From contig JAQVUX010000004.1 of assembly GCA_028699255.1 (NCBI GenBank), positions 88,668 through 152,667 on the forward strand: 64,000 bases of DNA, given 5' to 3'. The position numbers were made by a program, and so were the translations under genes. How positions within the stretch are numbered: the stretch's first letter is position 1; every line of letters starts with the position of its first letter. Positions 1-8,952 of the stretch are shown one piece after another. The DNA comes from Candidatus Omnitrophota bacterium (GTDB lineage Bacteria > Omnitrophota > Gorgyraeia > 2-01-FULL-45-10). A model generated the notes under the pieces. It saw nothing but the letters and a program-made list of their open reading frames with translations. It made no database searches and was not told the origin of the DNA.

Positions 1-1
1 G

Positions 2-505
2 GCGACCCACGATGGGCTGACGGGGCTCTACAATATCCGGCATTTCAACCTTCTTCTCGAAGCCGAACTTAAAAACGTTTCTGTTTATAAAACAAGGCGG
101 CTCGCGATAATTATGGCGGATATTGATAATTTTAAACATATCAACGACACCTACGGCCACCGTTCAGGCGATGTAATGCTGAGGGAGTTCGCGAAGACGA
201 TACAGTCGAAGTGTCGTCGCAACGATATTGTGGCAAGATACGGAGGAGAGGAATTCATAATAATGCTTACCGGCGCCGGCGAGAAGGAAGCGTTTGAGGT
301 AGCTGAAAAGATACGCGAGGCCGTACAGGATAGGAAGATAAAATTTAAAAATAAAGTGCTCAGTACAACTATGAGCCTGGGCGCGGCCGAATTTTCGGGC
401 GAACGCGACAGGGAAGATCTCATCGAAAAAGCCGACAGCGCTCTTTATAAAGCTAAGAGCGAAGGCAAAAACCGCGTATATCTATATTCCGCAATAAGTC
501 GATAG
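2..505 (+). CDS. GGDEF-domain diguanylate cyclase; 5' end lies outside the window
   Basis: Frame continues from the window edge. Motifs D-x-LTGL-N-R and RYGGEEF (the GGEEF active site) are present, as is the C-terminal NRVY. Confidence 0.8.
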   Translation, partial: ATHDGLTGLYNIRHFNLLLEAELKNVSVYKTRRLAIIMADIDNFKHINDTYGHRSGDVMLREFAKTIQSKCRRNDIVARYGGEEFIIMLTGAGEKEAFEVAEKIREAVQDRKIKFKNKVLSTTMSLGAAEFSGERDREDLIEKADSALYKAKSEGKNRVYLYSAISR

Positions 506-509
506 GACT

Positions 510-1883
510 TTAAAAGGTCAATCCGAACCTTGTGCCCACCACGACAGCGTTATCGATATTATGCCCACCGCTGGGATTTACGATATACTGCATATCCGGT
601 TGTAGGAACATCCAGGGTGTTATCATGAGTTTATATGAGAAGTCGAAGGCGAGTTCATAACTTTGTATCGGCGTTGTCGAGCCGTTGACTTCCTGATTAT
701 CGCGCTCGTAATGCGCCAGGTCGCTCGAATACTTTCCATACGAGAATCCTATAGCCATCACGTCATGTTTTCGCGTCGGGACGGAGCCTTTCCATACGAA
801 CCCGCCGTCGATAAAGAATGGGAACTTATTTATACTGTCGGGCGCCAGCGTAACCACCACAAACGGCGTAATGCCTTCATTGCACTTTGTCCCGGGCTTC
901 CGGTATATCATCTGGTCCGCGTGGAAATATAATCCGTAATTACCTATATGCTTTTTTGCCGGCAATCCCGTTATCGCGGCGGAAGAACCGTTGACATCCG
1001 AATAGTAGTCCCGGAATGTGCCGCCGTGATAATAAAAACCTGCCTTGTAACGGCCGGGAAGCGTATTGAGTTTATATCCCGTATCTGTGCTATTCGCATT
1101 GGGAGCGTAAGCGAGCTCCTGGGCGAAGATTATTCCCTGCTTTAAGCGCATCGAAAAGTCGAGTCCGCATGCCTCCATGCGCCCGACCCTTGGATCGCCG
1201 TTATAAAGTCCGCTGATAGTGTATACGTCTTTAGCTATATCGCATTTTGCGCGCACTCCCCATACCGCGGTAGGATAAGTGGGGAAGAATACGTTTATAG
1301 GCACCGCGATTGGGTTTCCGTCGATGGCGTTGGTAACGAAGTTCCAGTAGATGTCGGAGGCGGCGAAATCATCTCCTGCCGCGATGCGGCCGGCGCGAAT
1401 ATTTAGCTTCTTATCGAGAAATGTTTTTTCGATGTACAGCCCGTAGAGCCTGAACTGCTGACTGCCGTAGATACTGCTCGCTACGAAGGCGTTACCGATG
1501 AGCGTGGAGGAGAGGTTCTGCCCGGTGCGCCACAAACCGGATATATGAAACTGCGTGCCTATCATGCCGACCGCTTTTTCAAGGTCGAAGTTAATATCCC
1601 AACCCGTTGAACTGTTCCATCTGGCGCCCTGATGCATTCCGCCGGAGACGTTTCCGAGGGTATCGGCCACGAAGCTTGATTCGAAGGTTACGCCTTTTGC
1701 CGCGATCTCCGACCTGGCGCCACCCCATTTGCCGGTCATCGGCGGGATCTTTGAGCTCGGGCATATGTCGGAGGCGTCGTAAAAATATTTATCGGCGGTT
1801 ATCGCATCATCATCATCATCCGCGGAAGCATACGGCGCCCCCGCGAATAGAAATACGAAAAGAAGGATAATCGCCTTTTTCAT
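510..1883 (-). CDS. Outer-membrane beta-barrel porin, OprB/carbohydrate-selective-porin-like
   Basis: Signal peptide is followed by an acidic D-run. The protein is aromatic- and Gly-rich, consistent with a beta-barrel, and ends with C-terminal ...GLTF. It sits next to a sugar transporter. Confidence 0.5.
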   Translation of the reverse strand: MKKAIILLFVFLFAGAPYASADDDDDAITADKYFYDASDICPSSKIPPMTGKWGGARSEIAAKGVTFESSFVADTLGNVSGGMHQGARWNSSTGWDINFDLEKAVGMIGTQFHISGLWRTGQNLSSTLIGNAFVASSIYGSQQFRLYGLYIEKTFLDKKLNIRAGRIAAGDDFAASDIYWNFVTNAIDGNPIAVPINVFFPTYPTAVWGVRAKCDIAKDVYTISGLYNGDPRVGRMEACGLDFSMRLKQGIIFAQELAYAPNANSTDTGYKLNTLPGRYKAGFYYHGGTFRDYYSDVNGSSAAITGLPAKKHIGNYGLYFHADQMIYRKPGTKCNEGITPFVVVTLAPDSINKFPFFIDGGFVWKGSVPTRKHDVMAIGFSYGKYSSDLAHYERDNQEVNGSTTPIQSYELAFDFSYKLMITPWMFLQPDMQYIVNPSGGHNIDNAVVVGTRFGLTF

Positions 1884-3286
1884 TTCGCGCCCTCCTTCGA
1901 GCCGAGCATGCCGAAACGCTTACCCGAGCGCAGATAGGCTTCTATATTTTCGAGCGTGTGCCCTTTTGTTTCCGGGACGAAGAAGTAACAGAATATTATG
2001 CCTATTATACACACCGCGCCGTAGAACCAGAAGGCGCCTGCCTTGCCGAGCTTATCCGTGAGCGTAAGGAATGTGGCGGCGACGACCATATTGCATCCCC
2101 AGTTTGCGACGGTGGCCAGGCTCATCGCCCTGCCGCGTATTTTCAGCGGGTATATCTCCGCGATTATGAGCCAGAATATAGGCCCGAGCGATATAGCGAA
2201 TGAGGCGATGTACCCCACGACACTTAACACGGTCAGCATTTTAAGGGAGCTGGCAAGCTCAGGTGTGTGAAACGCGAATCCGAGTATGCCGAGCGATATC
2301 GCCATACCCGTCATTCCTATATAAAGAAGCGGTTTTCTGCCCAGCCGGTCCAGGAACCATATCGCTACAAGCGTCATTAAAACGTTTACTGTTCCGACGC
2401 CAACAGTGGCTAATATCGAAACCTTGTGTGAGGCGAATCCTGCGAATTCGAATATCGTCGGGGCATAATATATTATCGTGTTTATGCCCGTTACCTGCTG
2501 AAAGAAAGCTAAGGCGATGCCGACAACGAGGGCAGGCCTCATCCACGGCTCGAAAAGTTCCTTCCAGCCGCTCTCCTTGACGCCGAGCGAATTGCGGATG
2601 TCGGTTATCTCTTTGTCGACTTCCTGGACGGGGAAGGTGTGCATCAATATCTTGCGCGCCTCTTCATCACGGTTTTTACTTACGAGCCAGCGCGGACTCT
2701 CGGATAGAGCTATCATTCCCACGATAAGTATAAGTGCCGGTATCGCGCCCAAGCCGAACATCCACCGCCATTCATTTTGTCCGGAGGATAGCACGTAATC
2801 CACAAGATACGACACTACTATGCCGCAGGTTATCATGAGCTGGTTTAACGATACCAAGGCGCCCCTTGCCTGCGGGGGCGATATTTCGGAGATGTAGAGA
2901 GGGGCTGTGTATGACGCGACGCCGATAGCTATGCCTATGATGAGACGGAATCCGATGATCATTGCGACGTTTAAAGCGAGCGAGGCGCCTATGGCGCCGA
3001 CCGCGAAGAGGATGGCAGTTACAATAATTACTTTTTTCCGTCCGTAACGATCCGCCAGGGCGCCCGATAATGCCGCGCCGATGACCGCGCCCAAAAGGAC
3101 AGCGCTGACGACGCTTTCTACCGCGTGTGAAGCCAGAGAGAACTGATCCTTTATGAAGAGTATCGCGCCTGAGATGACGCCGGTGTCGTATCCGAAGAGA
3201 AGTCCGGCGAGCGCGGCTATGGCCGCGGTAAGATATATGAATGCTTTGGCATGACTTTCGAACGAGGGCACATTCTTTTGTTCCAT
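1880..3286 (-). CDS. MFS sugar porter family transporter (sugar:H+ symporter)
   Basis: Twelve-TM topology with GRKK, PESPRWL and PETKG signature motifs. Confidence 0.85.
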   Translation of the reverse strand: MEQKNVPSFESHAKAFIYLTAAIAALAGLLFGYDTGVISGAILFIKDQFSLASHAVESVVSAVLLGAVIGAALSGALADRYGRKKVIIVTAILFAVGAIGASLALNVAMIIGFRLIIGIAIGVASYTAPLYISEISPPQARGALVSLNQLMITCGIVVSYLVDYVLSSGQNEWRWMFGLGAIPALILIVGMIALSESPRWLVSKNRDEEARKILMHTFPVQEVDKEITDIRNSLGVKESGWKELFEPWMRPALVVGIALAFFQQVTGINTIIYYAPTIFEFAGFASHKVSILATVGVGTVNVLMTLVAIWFLDRLGRKPLLYIGMTGMAISLGILGFAFHTPELASSLKMLTVLSVVGYIASFAISLGPIFWLIIAEIYPLKIRGRAMSLATVANWGCNMVVAATFLTLTDKLGKAGAFWFYGAVCIIGIIFCYFFVPETKGHTLENIEAYLRSGKRFGMLGSKEGAK

Positions 3287-3346
3287 GACACCTCCTATTT
3301 TATTCAGTCATAGTGCTGGCTAAGTGCCGAAGCCTCCGGCCTCGGC

Positions 3347-3730
3347 CTATTTTATAAGCGTAGTTACCTCCTGAGGAAGATTTTCCGACTTTTTTATAAA
3401 CGCCACTCCTATATCGTAAGACCCATTATCGTTGTCCTCTATCCTTACCACTTTTCCCAAAAGCCGATTATCGACTATGAGAGCGAGTTCTTCGATCTCT
3501 TCGCAAAGCCTCGTCGTCCTATAGTCGACATCGAGGATGATTATACTGGACAGCCTCGGCGGATATACGCTATTGAAGAGCATGCCCGATGCGCTTAAGT
3601 TTTTAGTAACGGCGTCGGCCAGGTCGGATACCGAATGGTCTTTTAAAGATATCTCTTTAAAATGCGCCTGTCCGTCATGCCTGTACCGGAAAAATTTTCT
3701 TCTATCCGCGCCCGCAAAATTGTCCGACAT
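3347..3730 (-). CDS. PilZ-domain c-di-GMP binding protein
   Basis: RRKFFR (RxxxR) and NLSASG ((D/N)xSxxG) motifs sit at the spacing expected for a PilZ domain. Confidence 0.65.
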   Translation of the reverse strand: MSDNFAGADRRKFFRYRHDGQAHFKEISLKDHSVSDLADAVTKNLSASGMLFNSVYPPRLSSIIILDVDYRTTRLCEEIEELALIVDNRLLGKVVRIEDNDNGSYDIGVAFIKKSENLPQEVTTLIK

Positions 3731-3746
3731 ACCGCCTCCTAAAGAT

Positions 3747-4064
3747 TTATTGGAAAATTACATCCGTAACTATGTTATTGCGGAAGGTTATCTTCATGTA
3801 TCTGGTTTTCTGCGGCTTCAAGTTTAATAATAAAAACTTGTCGCCCATATTGGTCTTGTAGGTCCATGTTTCCGTGCATACGCCGTTTTCCGACGACGAT
3901 GTTTCCGAATCCGGGTAACCGAATGTAGTGAAGATATATGTCTTGTTGTAATTTATGTGGGTGAGGGTTTCATTCATGGCGTTCAGCATATTGGATTGCT
4001 GTTTAAGTGATTGGGCGCATCCGGTCATCAGGGCAAGGCAGAGTACTATCGAAAATATCCGCAT
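3747..4064 (-). CDS. Small lipoprotein, hypothetical
   Basis: Lipobox LMTGC follows a signal peptide. A possible RBS (AAAGGAG) lies upstream of the internal Met at 4064; the ORF could instead start at 4127. Confidence 0.4.
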   Translation of the reverse strand: MRIFSIVLCLALMTGCAQSLKQQSNMLNAMNETLTHINYNKTYIFTTFGYPDSETSSSENGVCTETWTYKTNMGDKFLLLNLKPQKTRYMKITFRNNIVTDVIFQ

Positions 4065-4131
4065 TATTATAATGATCTCCTTTAATATTAAACTACACAA
4101 GTATAACACATAAATAGGGTTATGCAAGGGT

Positions 4132-5064
4132 CTATTTGCTAAGTGTCAATATGATATTGTATGTGCCGTCGATCACTTTTGACATATTCGCGTAATCGAG
4201 CGTTTCGGCGCGGTCATTTTTGGAATGCATATAAGGATTGCGGTAGATGCACGTGTCGGTTATCCATATCGACTGGTATCCGAATACCCAGAAAGCGCGA
4301 TTGTCCGATGTCATGAGGCCGGGGAGTATCGGAGCAGGTATTATAAGGTATTCCGTCGGGATATCTGTCGCTTTTTTAAACTCGCCTACCGCCTCGCGCA
4401 GTATGGTGTATGCCGACAGGTCGCCGCTGAAACCTATGAAATTGCCCTTATCCGGATAGAACGGGGCGAGGGGGAGGGGGCGCTCCTGCGAGCCGGGCTT
4501 GTCGGAGTAGTAGCCGATCATGTCGATGCATATGACAAGCTCGATGTCGTCGCCTCTTATCCGCGCGTCTTTGGCGTACCGGTAACTGCCCGTGTCCTCA
4601 TCTTCGGAAACGAACTCGAGCTCTTCATTGGTGAATGCGATAAATTTCACCGTTTTTTCCGGATTCTCGGCGGAGAAACGCCGGGCCAGCTCCAGCACGG
4701 CGGCGATGCCGGAGGCATTATCATCCGCGCCGGGCGAATTCCAGTGAGTATCGTAATGGGCGCAGACTATTATGATCTTGTCCTTTTTGCTTCTGCCTTC
4801 CTTTGTGGCGATTATATTCTTAAACCGTCTCTCCGGTGAAAAGCCCGCTTCCATGGCGTAGACTTGCTCTTCGGGTTCGTAGCCGTATCGCCGGAATTCA
4901 TTTTCGATGTAATCTGCCGCGCGTTCGAGATTCCGGTAGTGGAGAGTATTGCGTGGGCCTATGATGGAGGATAAGACGCGGACATGCCGCGCAGTATCGT
5001 CTTCGGCATGCGCGTTAAAAACCGCGCACAATATGACAAGAATAGCGAAAAATAATTTTTTCAT
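4132..5064 (-). CDS. M28 family zinc aminopeptidase
   Basis: Signal peptide; HYD...DDNASG metal-ligand block typical of peptidase M28. Confidence 0.75.
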   Translation of the reverse strand: MKKLFFAILVILCAVFNAHAEDDTARHVRVLSSIIGPRNTLHYRNLERAADYIENEFRRYGYEPEEQVYAMEAGFSPERRFKNIIATKEGRSKKDKIIIVCAHYDTHWNSPGADDNASGIAAVLELARRFSAENPEKTVKFIAFTNEELEFVSEDEDTGSYRYAKDARIRGDDIELVICIDMIGYYSDKPGSQERPLPLAPFYPDKGNFIGFSGDLSAYTILREAVGEFKKATDIPTEYLIIPAPILPGLMTSDNRAFWVFGYQSIWITDTCIYRNPYMHSKNDRAETLDYANMSKVIDGTYNIILTLSK

Positions 5065-5175
5065 ATACTTATGGAAAATATTACATCATATCCGGCCCTT
5101 TGGCAAGGGCGATTCAAAGTATTTGAAAAAACCGCCGCCCTGTGCTACAATTCTTTCAGCTCTTTGAACAATTGT

Positions 5176-5531
5176 TCCCCTGTAGCTCAGTCGGTAGAGC
5201 ATCTGGCTGTGCACGAGCGAAGCGCCGAGTGCAAAACTCGGCGTACAGCGCCTAAAGTTAGCAGCCTGCGACGGAAACGTCGCGGTGAAAAGCGAGTAAA
5301 TTCAGGGAAATCCGTCAATGTATAATTGGCGGGCTATCCTGAGCCAAGCCTCACAATTGTGGGGAAGGTGCAGAGACTAGAGACTCGCTACCTAAGTCCT
5401 TTCGTCATTGCGAGGCCCGAAGGGCCGAAGCAATCTCAAGGGATATGGTAATGGTATAGTCCGACTCTCCGGGTAACCGGAGTCAGATCGTAACCAGAGT
5501 GTCCGAGGTTCGAGTCCTCGCGGGGGAGCCA
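5176..5531 (+). tRNA. tRNA-Asn(GUU) interrupted by a group I intron; exons 5176-5210 and 5491-5531, CCA encoded
   Basis: The exons give the acceptor stem TCCCCTG/CGGGGGA, discriminator G73, D-arm GCTC-AGTCGGTA-GAGC and anticodon stem TCTGG/CCAGA. The anticodon loop CUGU|UAA and T-arm CGAGG-TTCGAGT-CCTCG follow. The spliced sequence is near-identical in layout to E. coli tRNA-Asn. Confidence 0.8.
5211..5490 (+). ncRNA. Group I intron in the tRNA-Asn anticodon loop, 280 nt, no ORF
   Basis: The intron follows a U and ends in G. It contains R-like CAGAGACTA, S-like TATAGTCC and P-like AATTCAGGGAAAT elements, and a P9-like hairpin CCGGGTAACCGG. Confidence 0.7.
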
Positions 5532-5635
5532 TATTAGACAGGTAAGCCTTTTGGAATCATTCTAAGAGGCTTACCGTCTATGGATTAACGACTTAGGTGG
5601 CAAGCGTGCAGTTCTAAGATGCTGTAGCCCCGACA

Positions 5636-5667
5636 TCCCAAGCACACTTTGCTTGGGATTTTTTATT
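5636..5667 (+). terminator. Rho-independent terminator after tRNA-Asn
   Basis: Stem TCCCAAGCA/TGCTTGGGA followed by TTTTTTATT. Confidence 0.7.
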
Positions 5668-5752
5668 AGCAGGATGTGCAAAAAATAGGACGTCTTTAGA
5701 TACATACTCATTTGTAAGTTTTACAGGCACGATAAAGTTATGAAAGAATAAA

Positions 5753-6610
5753 ATGCCATTAGTGACATTATTTATTAGTAGATTGATACTATCAGCAATT
5801 CTAATCTATGCATCTATACTTGTATGGACCAAGAACGTAGATTTGATACAATGGGCAAAAACAAAAATAGAATCGGCGTTACCTGTAAATCCCCAGAGTA
5901 GCGAAAAACCTTACATTGTTTCGCAATCAATAATAAAAGGCGTGTTACCTGTTTGCACAATTAAAAAAATACCCTATCAAGCTTTTGGGGAAAAGCTTGA
6001 GCAGGAAGAAGATGGACTTTATTTCATATTAGAAATATCAACTGAAAATCAGCCGTTAAATTTGAGCCATATCATTTTAAAGGGCGAATTATTTTTAAGT
6101 GGTAACGAAGGATTGTGGCTAAAAGGGGTGGCTGGCAAGACATTATACCAAATTAACAATCAAATAAGCGAAAAACGTCCTTACTATGCAATAAAATGGG
6201 TGACATCATCTCCAATCCCAAATAAATTTGATAAAAATGAAAGCACGCTTGCGCTCTTCGTTCTTAAGGAGCAGGATACTGAGCAAGGCAGAAGCTTCTT
6301 AAGTGATAGCGATGATCATCTTAAAAATTATGTAGGATACAAAACACTAGGACAAGCACCTAAACTGGAAAGCACACATCCAAATATACAGGAATTTTTA
6401 GAAAAAAAGATAGATGGTAATAAAACGTATTTTTCAAATATCCGGAAAGATTTTTTGAATGGGAATATTAAATGGTATCTAAAAATTGGGGAGAAAGAAA
6501 TTTTAATCCCAAACGGAAAAATTAAACCTATAAAATTTCAACCTCTTGGTCAGGAAGATGACATTTTAAAAGTATCTTTGGAAAGCATTTATTATCGGAA
6601 ATCGTATTAA
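5753..6610 (+). CDS. Hypothetical membrane-anchored protein in a low-GC island
   Basis: N-terminal TM helix, no recognisable domain, AT-rich codon usage distinct from flanking genes. Confidence 0.4.
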   Translation: MPLVTLFISRLILSAILIYASILVWTKNVDLIQWAKTKIESALPVNPQSSEKPYIVSQSIIKGVLPVCTIKKIPYQAFGEKLEQEEDGLYFILEISTENQPLNLSHIILKGELFLSGNEGLWLKGVAGKTLYQINNQISEKRPYYAIKWVTSSPIPNKFDKNESTLALFVLKEQDTEQGRSFLSDSDDHLKNYVGYKTLGQAPKLESTHPNIQEFLEKKIDGNKTYFSNIRKDFLNGNIKWYLKIGEKEILIPNGKIKPIKFQPLGQEDDILKVSLESIYYRKSY

Positions 6611-6744
6611 AAAGTTTACGCAATAAAGCTAAATTAGGTGCAGTATTTAGTAAGTCCAAAATAATATATTTAATTAAAATTTCATACTACTCCAACAGTT
6701 TCTCTGCCTCACTCGTATACAAAAACCCTAAGACTTAAGGTTAA

Positions 6745-6780
6745 GGGGACGGTTCTGGCGGCAATCCCAGACCTGTCCCT
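6745..6780. repeat. REP-like imperfect palindrome, copy A (GGGGACGGTTCTGGCGGCAATCCCAGACCTGTCCC)
   Basis: Near-identical to the copy at 8836-8870 and in inverted arrangement to the copy at 7345-7402. It abuts the RAYT gene. Confidence 0.7.
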
Positions 6781-7258
6781 AAAAGAACAGCTCGTCCAGC
6801 AACTTATCCTTTTTTCCTAGGATTCTTGCCTTGTAGCTACTCCAACCGTAATCTTCAGGTCTTAATACGATATTTGCTCTTACGGGATTATATTCTACGT
6901 AGCTTATGCAATTGATAAGGTATTTATCTTTCTGGATCACATGGCTTTTGTACCTATCCTGCCAAAAATGACCCACGCTCTTATATTTATACCTGAAGTA
7001 TTGAGCATAGGAAAGATTTATGCCGTGCATAGCCTTGCTTAAGAAAGAGGACTCCATAACCATATGCACATGGTTATTCATCAGGCACCAACCGTATAAC
7101 TTAAACTTATACCTATCCTTGTACTTGAGTAGAAACTTATAATATGCTCTACAGTCGTTCTCATCCTTAAATATGGCCTGTTTCTGATTGCCCCTTGTTA
7201 TTACATGATAACATACGTTATCCAATATGAGCCTTGCCTGTCTGGGCATACACACCAC
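6779..7258 (-). CDS. REP-associated tyrosine transposase (RAYT) / IS200-like Y1 HUH transposase
   Basis: HVHMVM HuH motif and a C-terminal Y-containing motif. The length is typical for TnpA_REP, and the gene is flanked by inverted REP hairpins. Confidence 0.75.
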   Translation of the reverse strand: MVCMPRQARLILDNVCYHVITRGNQKQAIFKDENDCRAYYKFLLKYKDRYKFKLYGWCLMNNHVHMVMESSFLSKAMHGINLSYAQYFRYKYKSVGHFWQDRYKSHVIQKDKYLINCISYVEYNPVRANIVLRPEDYGWSSYKARILGKKDKLLDELFF

Positions 7259-7344
7259 CTCCTACTATATAGACGGTCAAAACGCGATTTTGTTGCAAAT
7301 TATTTTAAAAAAGATTATGTAGAGGACAAGTTTGAAATTGTAAA

Positions 7345-7402
7345 GGGGACGGCTCTGAGATACAATATGGGACAGGTCTGGGATGTCGACCGGAACCGTC
7401 CC
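7345..7402. repeat. REP-like doublet, copy B, two hairpins in inverted orientation
   Basis: GGGGACGGCTCTGAG...GGGACAGGTCTGGG...CGGAACCGTCCC. The second and third segments are reverse complements of copy A segments. Confidence 0.65.
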
Positions 7403-7435
7403 TTATTACATACTTATTACATAGAGGAGATAGTT

Positions 7436-7783
7436 ATGAGTGAAATAAAAGAAATTACAGGGAAAATAATACAATTTAGGGATGAGCGTGACTGGATGCA
7501 ATTTCATGACCCAAAGAATATGGCCGTTTCGATAATACTCGAAGCTTCTGAGCTTTTAGAGCATTTCCAGTGGAAGACGAAGGAAGAGGTTGAGAAATAT
7601 GTTATGCAAAATAAGTCGGAAATCAAAGACGAAATTGCCGATATCGCGTTATACCTTTTTGAATTAGCCGATAATCTCGGGATCAGTTTGAATAGCGCTA
7701 TGGAGGAAAAACTTAAAAAGAATGCGACGAAATATCCGGTAGAAAAAGCTAAAGGCAAACATACAAAGTATAATAAATTATGA
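7436..7783 (+). CDS. MazG-like nucleotide pyrophosphohydrolase (small, YpjD/MazG family)
   Basis: EASELLEHFQW...EIADIALYLFELA motif of the all-alpha NTP pyrophosphatase family. RBS GAGGAGA lies before the ATG at 7436. The stop overlaps the rsmH ATG (ATGA). Confidence 0.65.
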   Translation: MSEIKEITGKIIQFRDERDWMQFHDPKNMAVSIILEASELLEHFQWKTKEEVEKYVMQNKSEIKDEIADIALYLFELADNLGISLNSAMEEKLKKNATKYPVEKAKGKHTKYNKL

Positions 7784-8952
7784 ACATTTCTTTAGGAGCG
7801 GATGGAACTCCCAAAAGAAAACGGCGCGTGCGTTATAAGGGCAGGAATCCCCGGCGTTTTGACGAAAAATATAAGGAACTCAATCCGGTAAAATACGCGG
7901 ATGATATCGAGAAGATCGTAAAGAGCGGTAAAACTCCAGCCGGAACGCATCGGCCTATCTGTGTTAAAGAGATCCTGGAAGCCCTTGATCCTAAGCCCGG
8001 GCAAACCGGCTTAGACGGCACTTTAGGGTTCGGCGGCCACACAACGGAACTCCTTCGATGCATTATGCCCGCCGGGCGCCTTTTTGCTATAGATGCCGAT
8101 CCGATCGAGTTAAAGCGTACCGCTACGCGCCTGCGAGCTCTGGGCTTCACCGACAAAGAACTTATTTTTCGGCAAATCAATTTCGCCGGTATCCCTAAAA
8201 TGCTTACTGACGCAGGCGGCGGGTTTGATTTTATTTTGGCGGATCTGGGCGTTTCGTCAATGCAATTAGACAATCCCGCCCGGGGGTTTACCTTTAAATG
8301 GGAGGGGCCGCTTGATATGAGATTTAATCCCGAACGCGGCCAGCCGGCCTCGGCTTTGATCAAGACAATCTCCGAAAAATCTCTGGAAAAAATACTTTTT
8401 ATTAACTCCGACGAACCTCATGCGAAAACGATAGCCGCGGCTATCCATAAGAACTGCCATAAAATTAACACAACTAAAGCGCTTGCGGATACCGTAAAAG
8501 AAGCGCTGACTACTGTAGCGCATGTAGGTTCCAAGGATGAGATAACCACGTCGATCCGCCGTACATTCCAGGCTTTACGCATTGAAGTTAACGACGAGTT
8601 TTCGGCGTTGGAGCAGTTTTTAAGGAATCTACCGATATGCCTTAAGCCCGACGGGCGAGTGGCTATTTTAACCTTTCACTCCGGTGAAGATAACAGGGTG
8701 GTTAAGTCTTTCCGGGATGGATTGAGATCGGGCATCTATTCTGAAATTTCCCGCGATCCAATAAGGCCGACGCCTAAGGAATGTTTTGATAACCCGCGTT
8801 CCAAGAGTGCAATATTACGCTGGGCTATAAAAAATGGGGACGGTTCTGACGGCAATCCCAGACCTGTCCCTCGTAGCGAGCTAAAAATCACACCAAGTTA
8901 CCCATCCTATGATATAATTACTTCCGATGAAAAAGAAAATCCTGATCCTTAA
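7780..8952 (+). CDS. rsmH: 16S rRNA (cytosine1402-N4)-methyltransferase RsmH with N- and C-terminal extensions
   Basis: DGTLGFGGH, DLGVSSMQLD, GPLDMRF, TFHSGEDNRVVK and NPRSKSAILRWA blocks. A ~55-aa basic N-terminal tail is present. The last ~40 codons read through an embedded REP copy. Confidence 0.8.
   Translation: MNISLGADGTPKRKRRVRYKGRNPRRFDEKYKELNPVKYADDIEKIVKSGKTPAGTHRPICVKEILEALDPKPGQTGLDGTLGFGGHTTELLRCIMPAGRLFAIDADPIELKRTATRLRALGFTDKELIFRQINFAGIPKMLTDAGGGFDFILADLGVSSMQLDNPARGFTFKWEGPLDMRFNPERGQPASALIKTISEKSLEKILFINSDEPHAKTIAAAIHKNCHKINTTKALADTVKEALTTVAHVGSKDEITTSIRRTFQALRIEVNDEFSALEQFLRNLPICLKPDGRVAILTFHSGEDNRVVKSFRDGLRSGIYSEISRDPIRPTPKECFDNPRSKSAILRWAIKNGDGSDGNPRPVPRSELKITPSYPSYDIITSDEKENPDP
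8836..8870. repeat. REP-like palindrome, copy C, embedded in the 3' end of rsmH
   Basis: GGGGACGGTTCTGACGGCAATCCCAGACCTGTCCC, one mismatch relative to copy A. Confidence 0.7.

Noticed and set aside
4225-4839. 204-aa ORF on the plus strand
   Set aside because: Lies entirely antisense inside the well-supported M28 peptidase gene; no motifs.
5071-5325. 84-aa ORF
   Set aside because: Overlaps the tRNA-Asn 5' exon and group I intron; no coding signal.
7205-7783. 192-aa ORF
   Set aside because: Its upstream half overlaps the RAYT gene on the opposite strand and runs through the REP doublet. The MazG-like CDS starts at 7436 with a good RBS.
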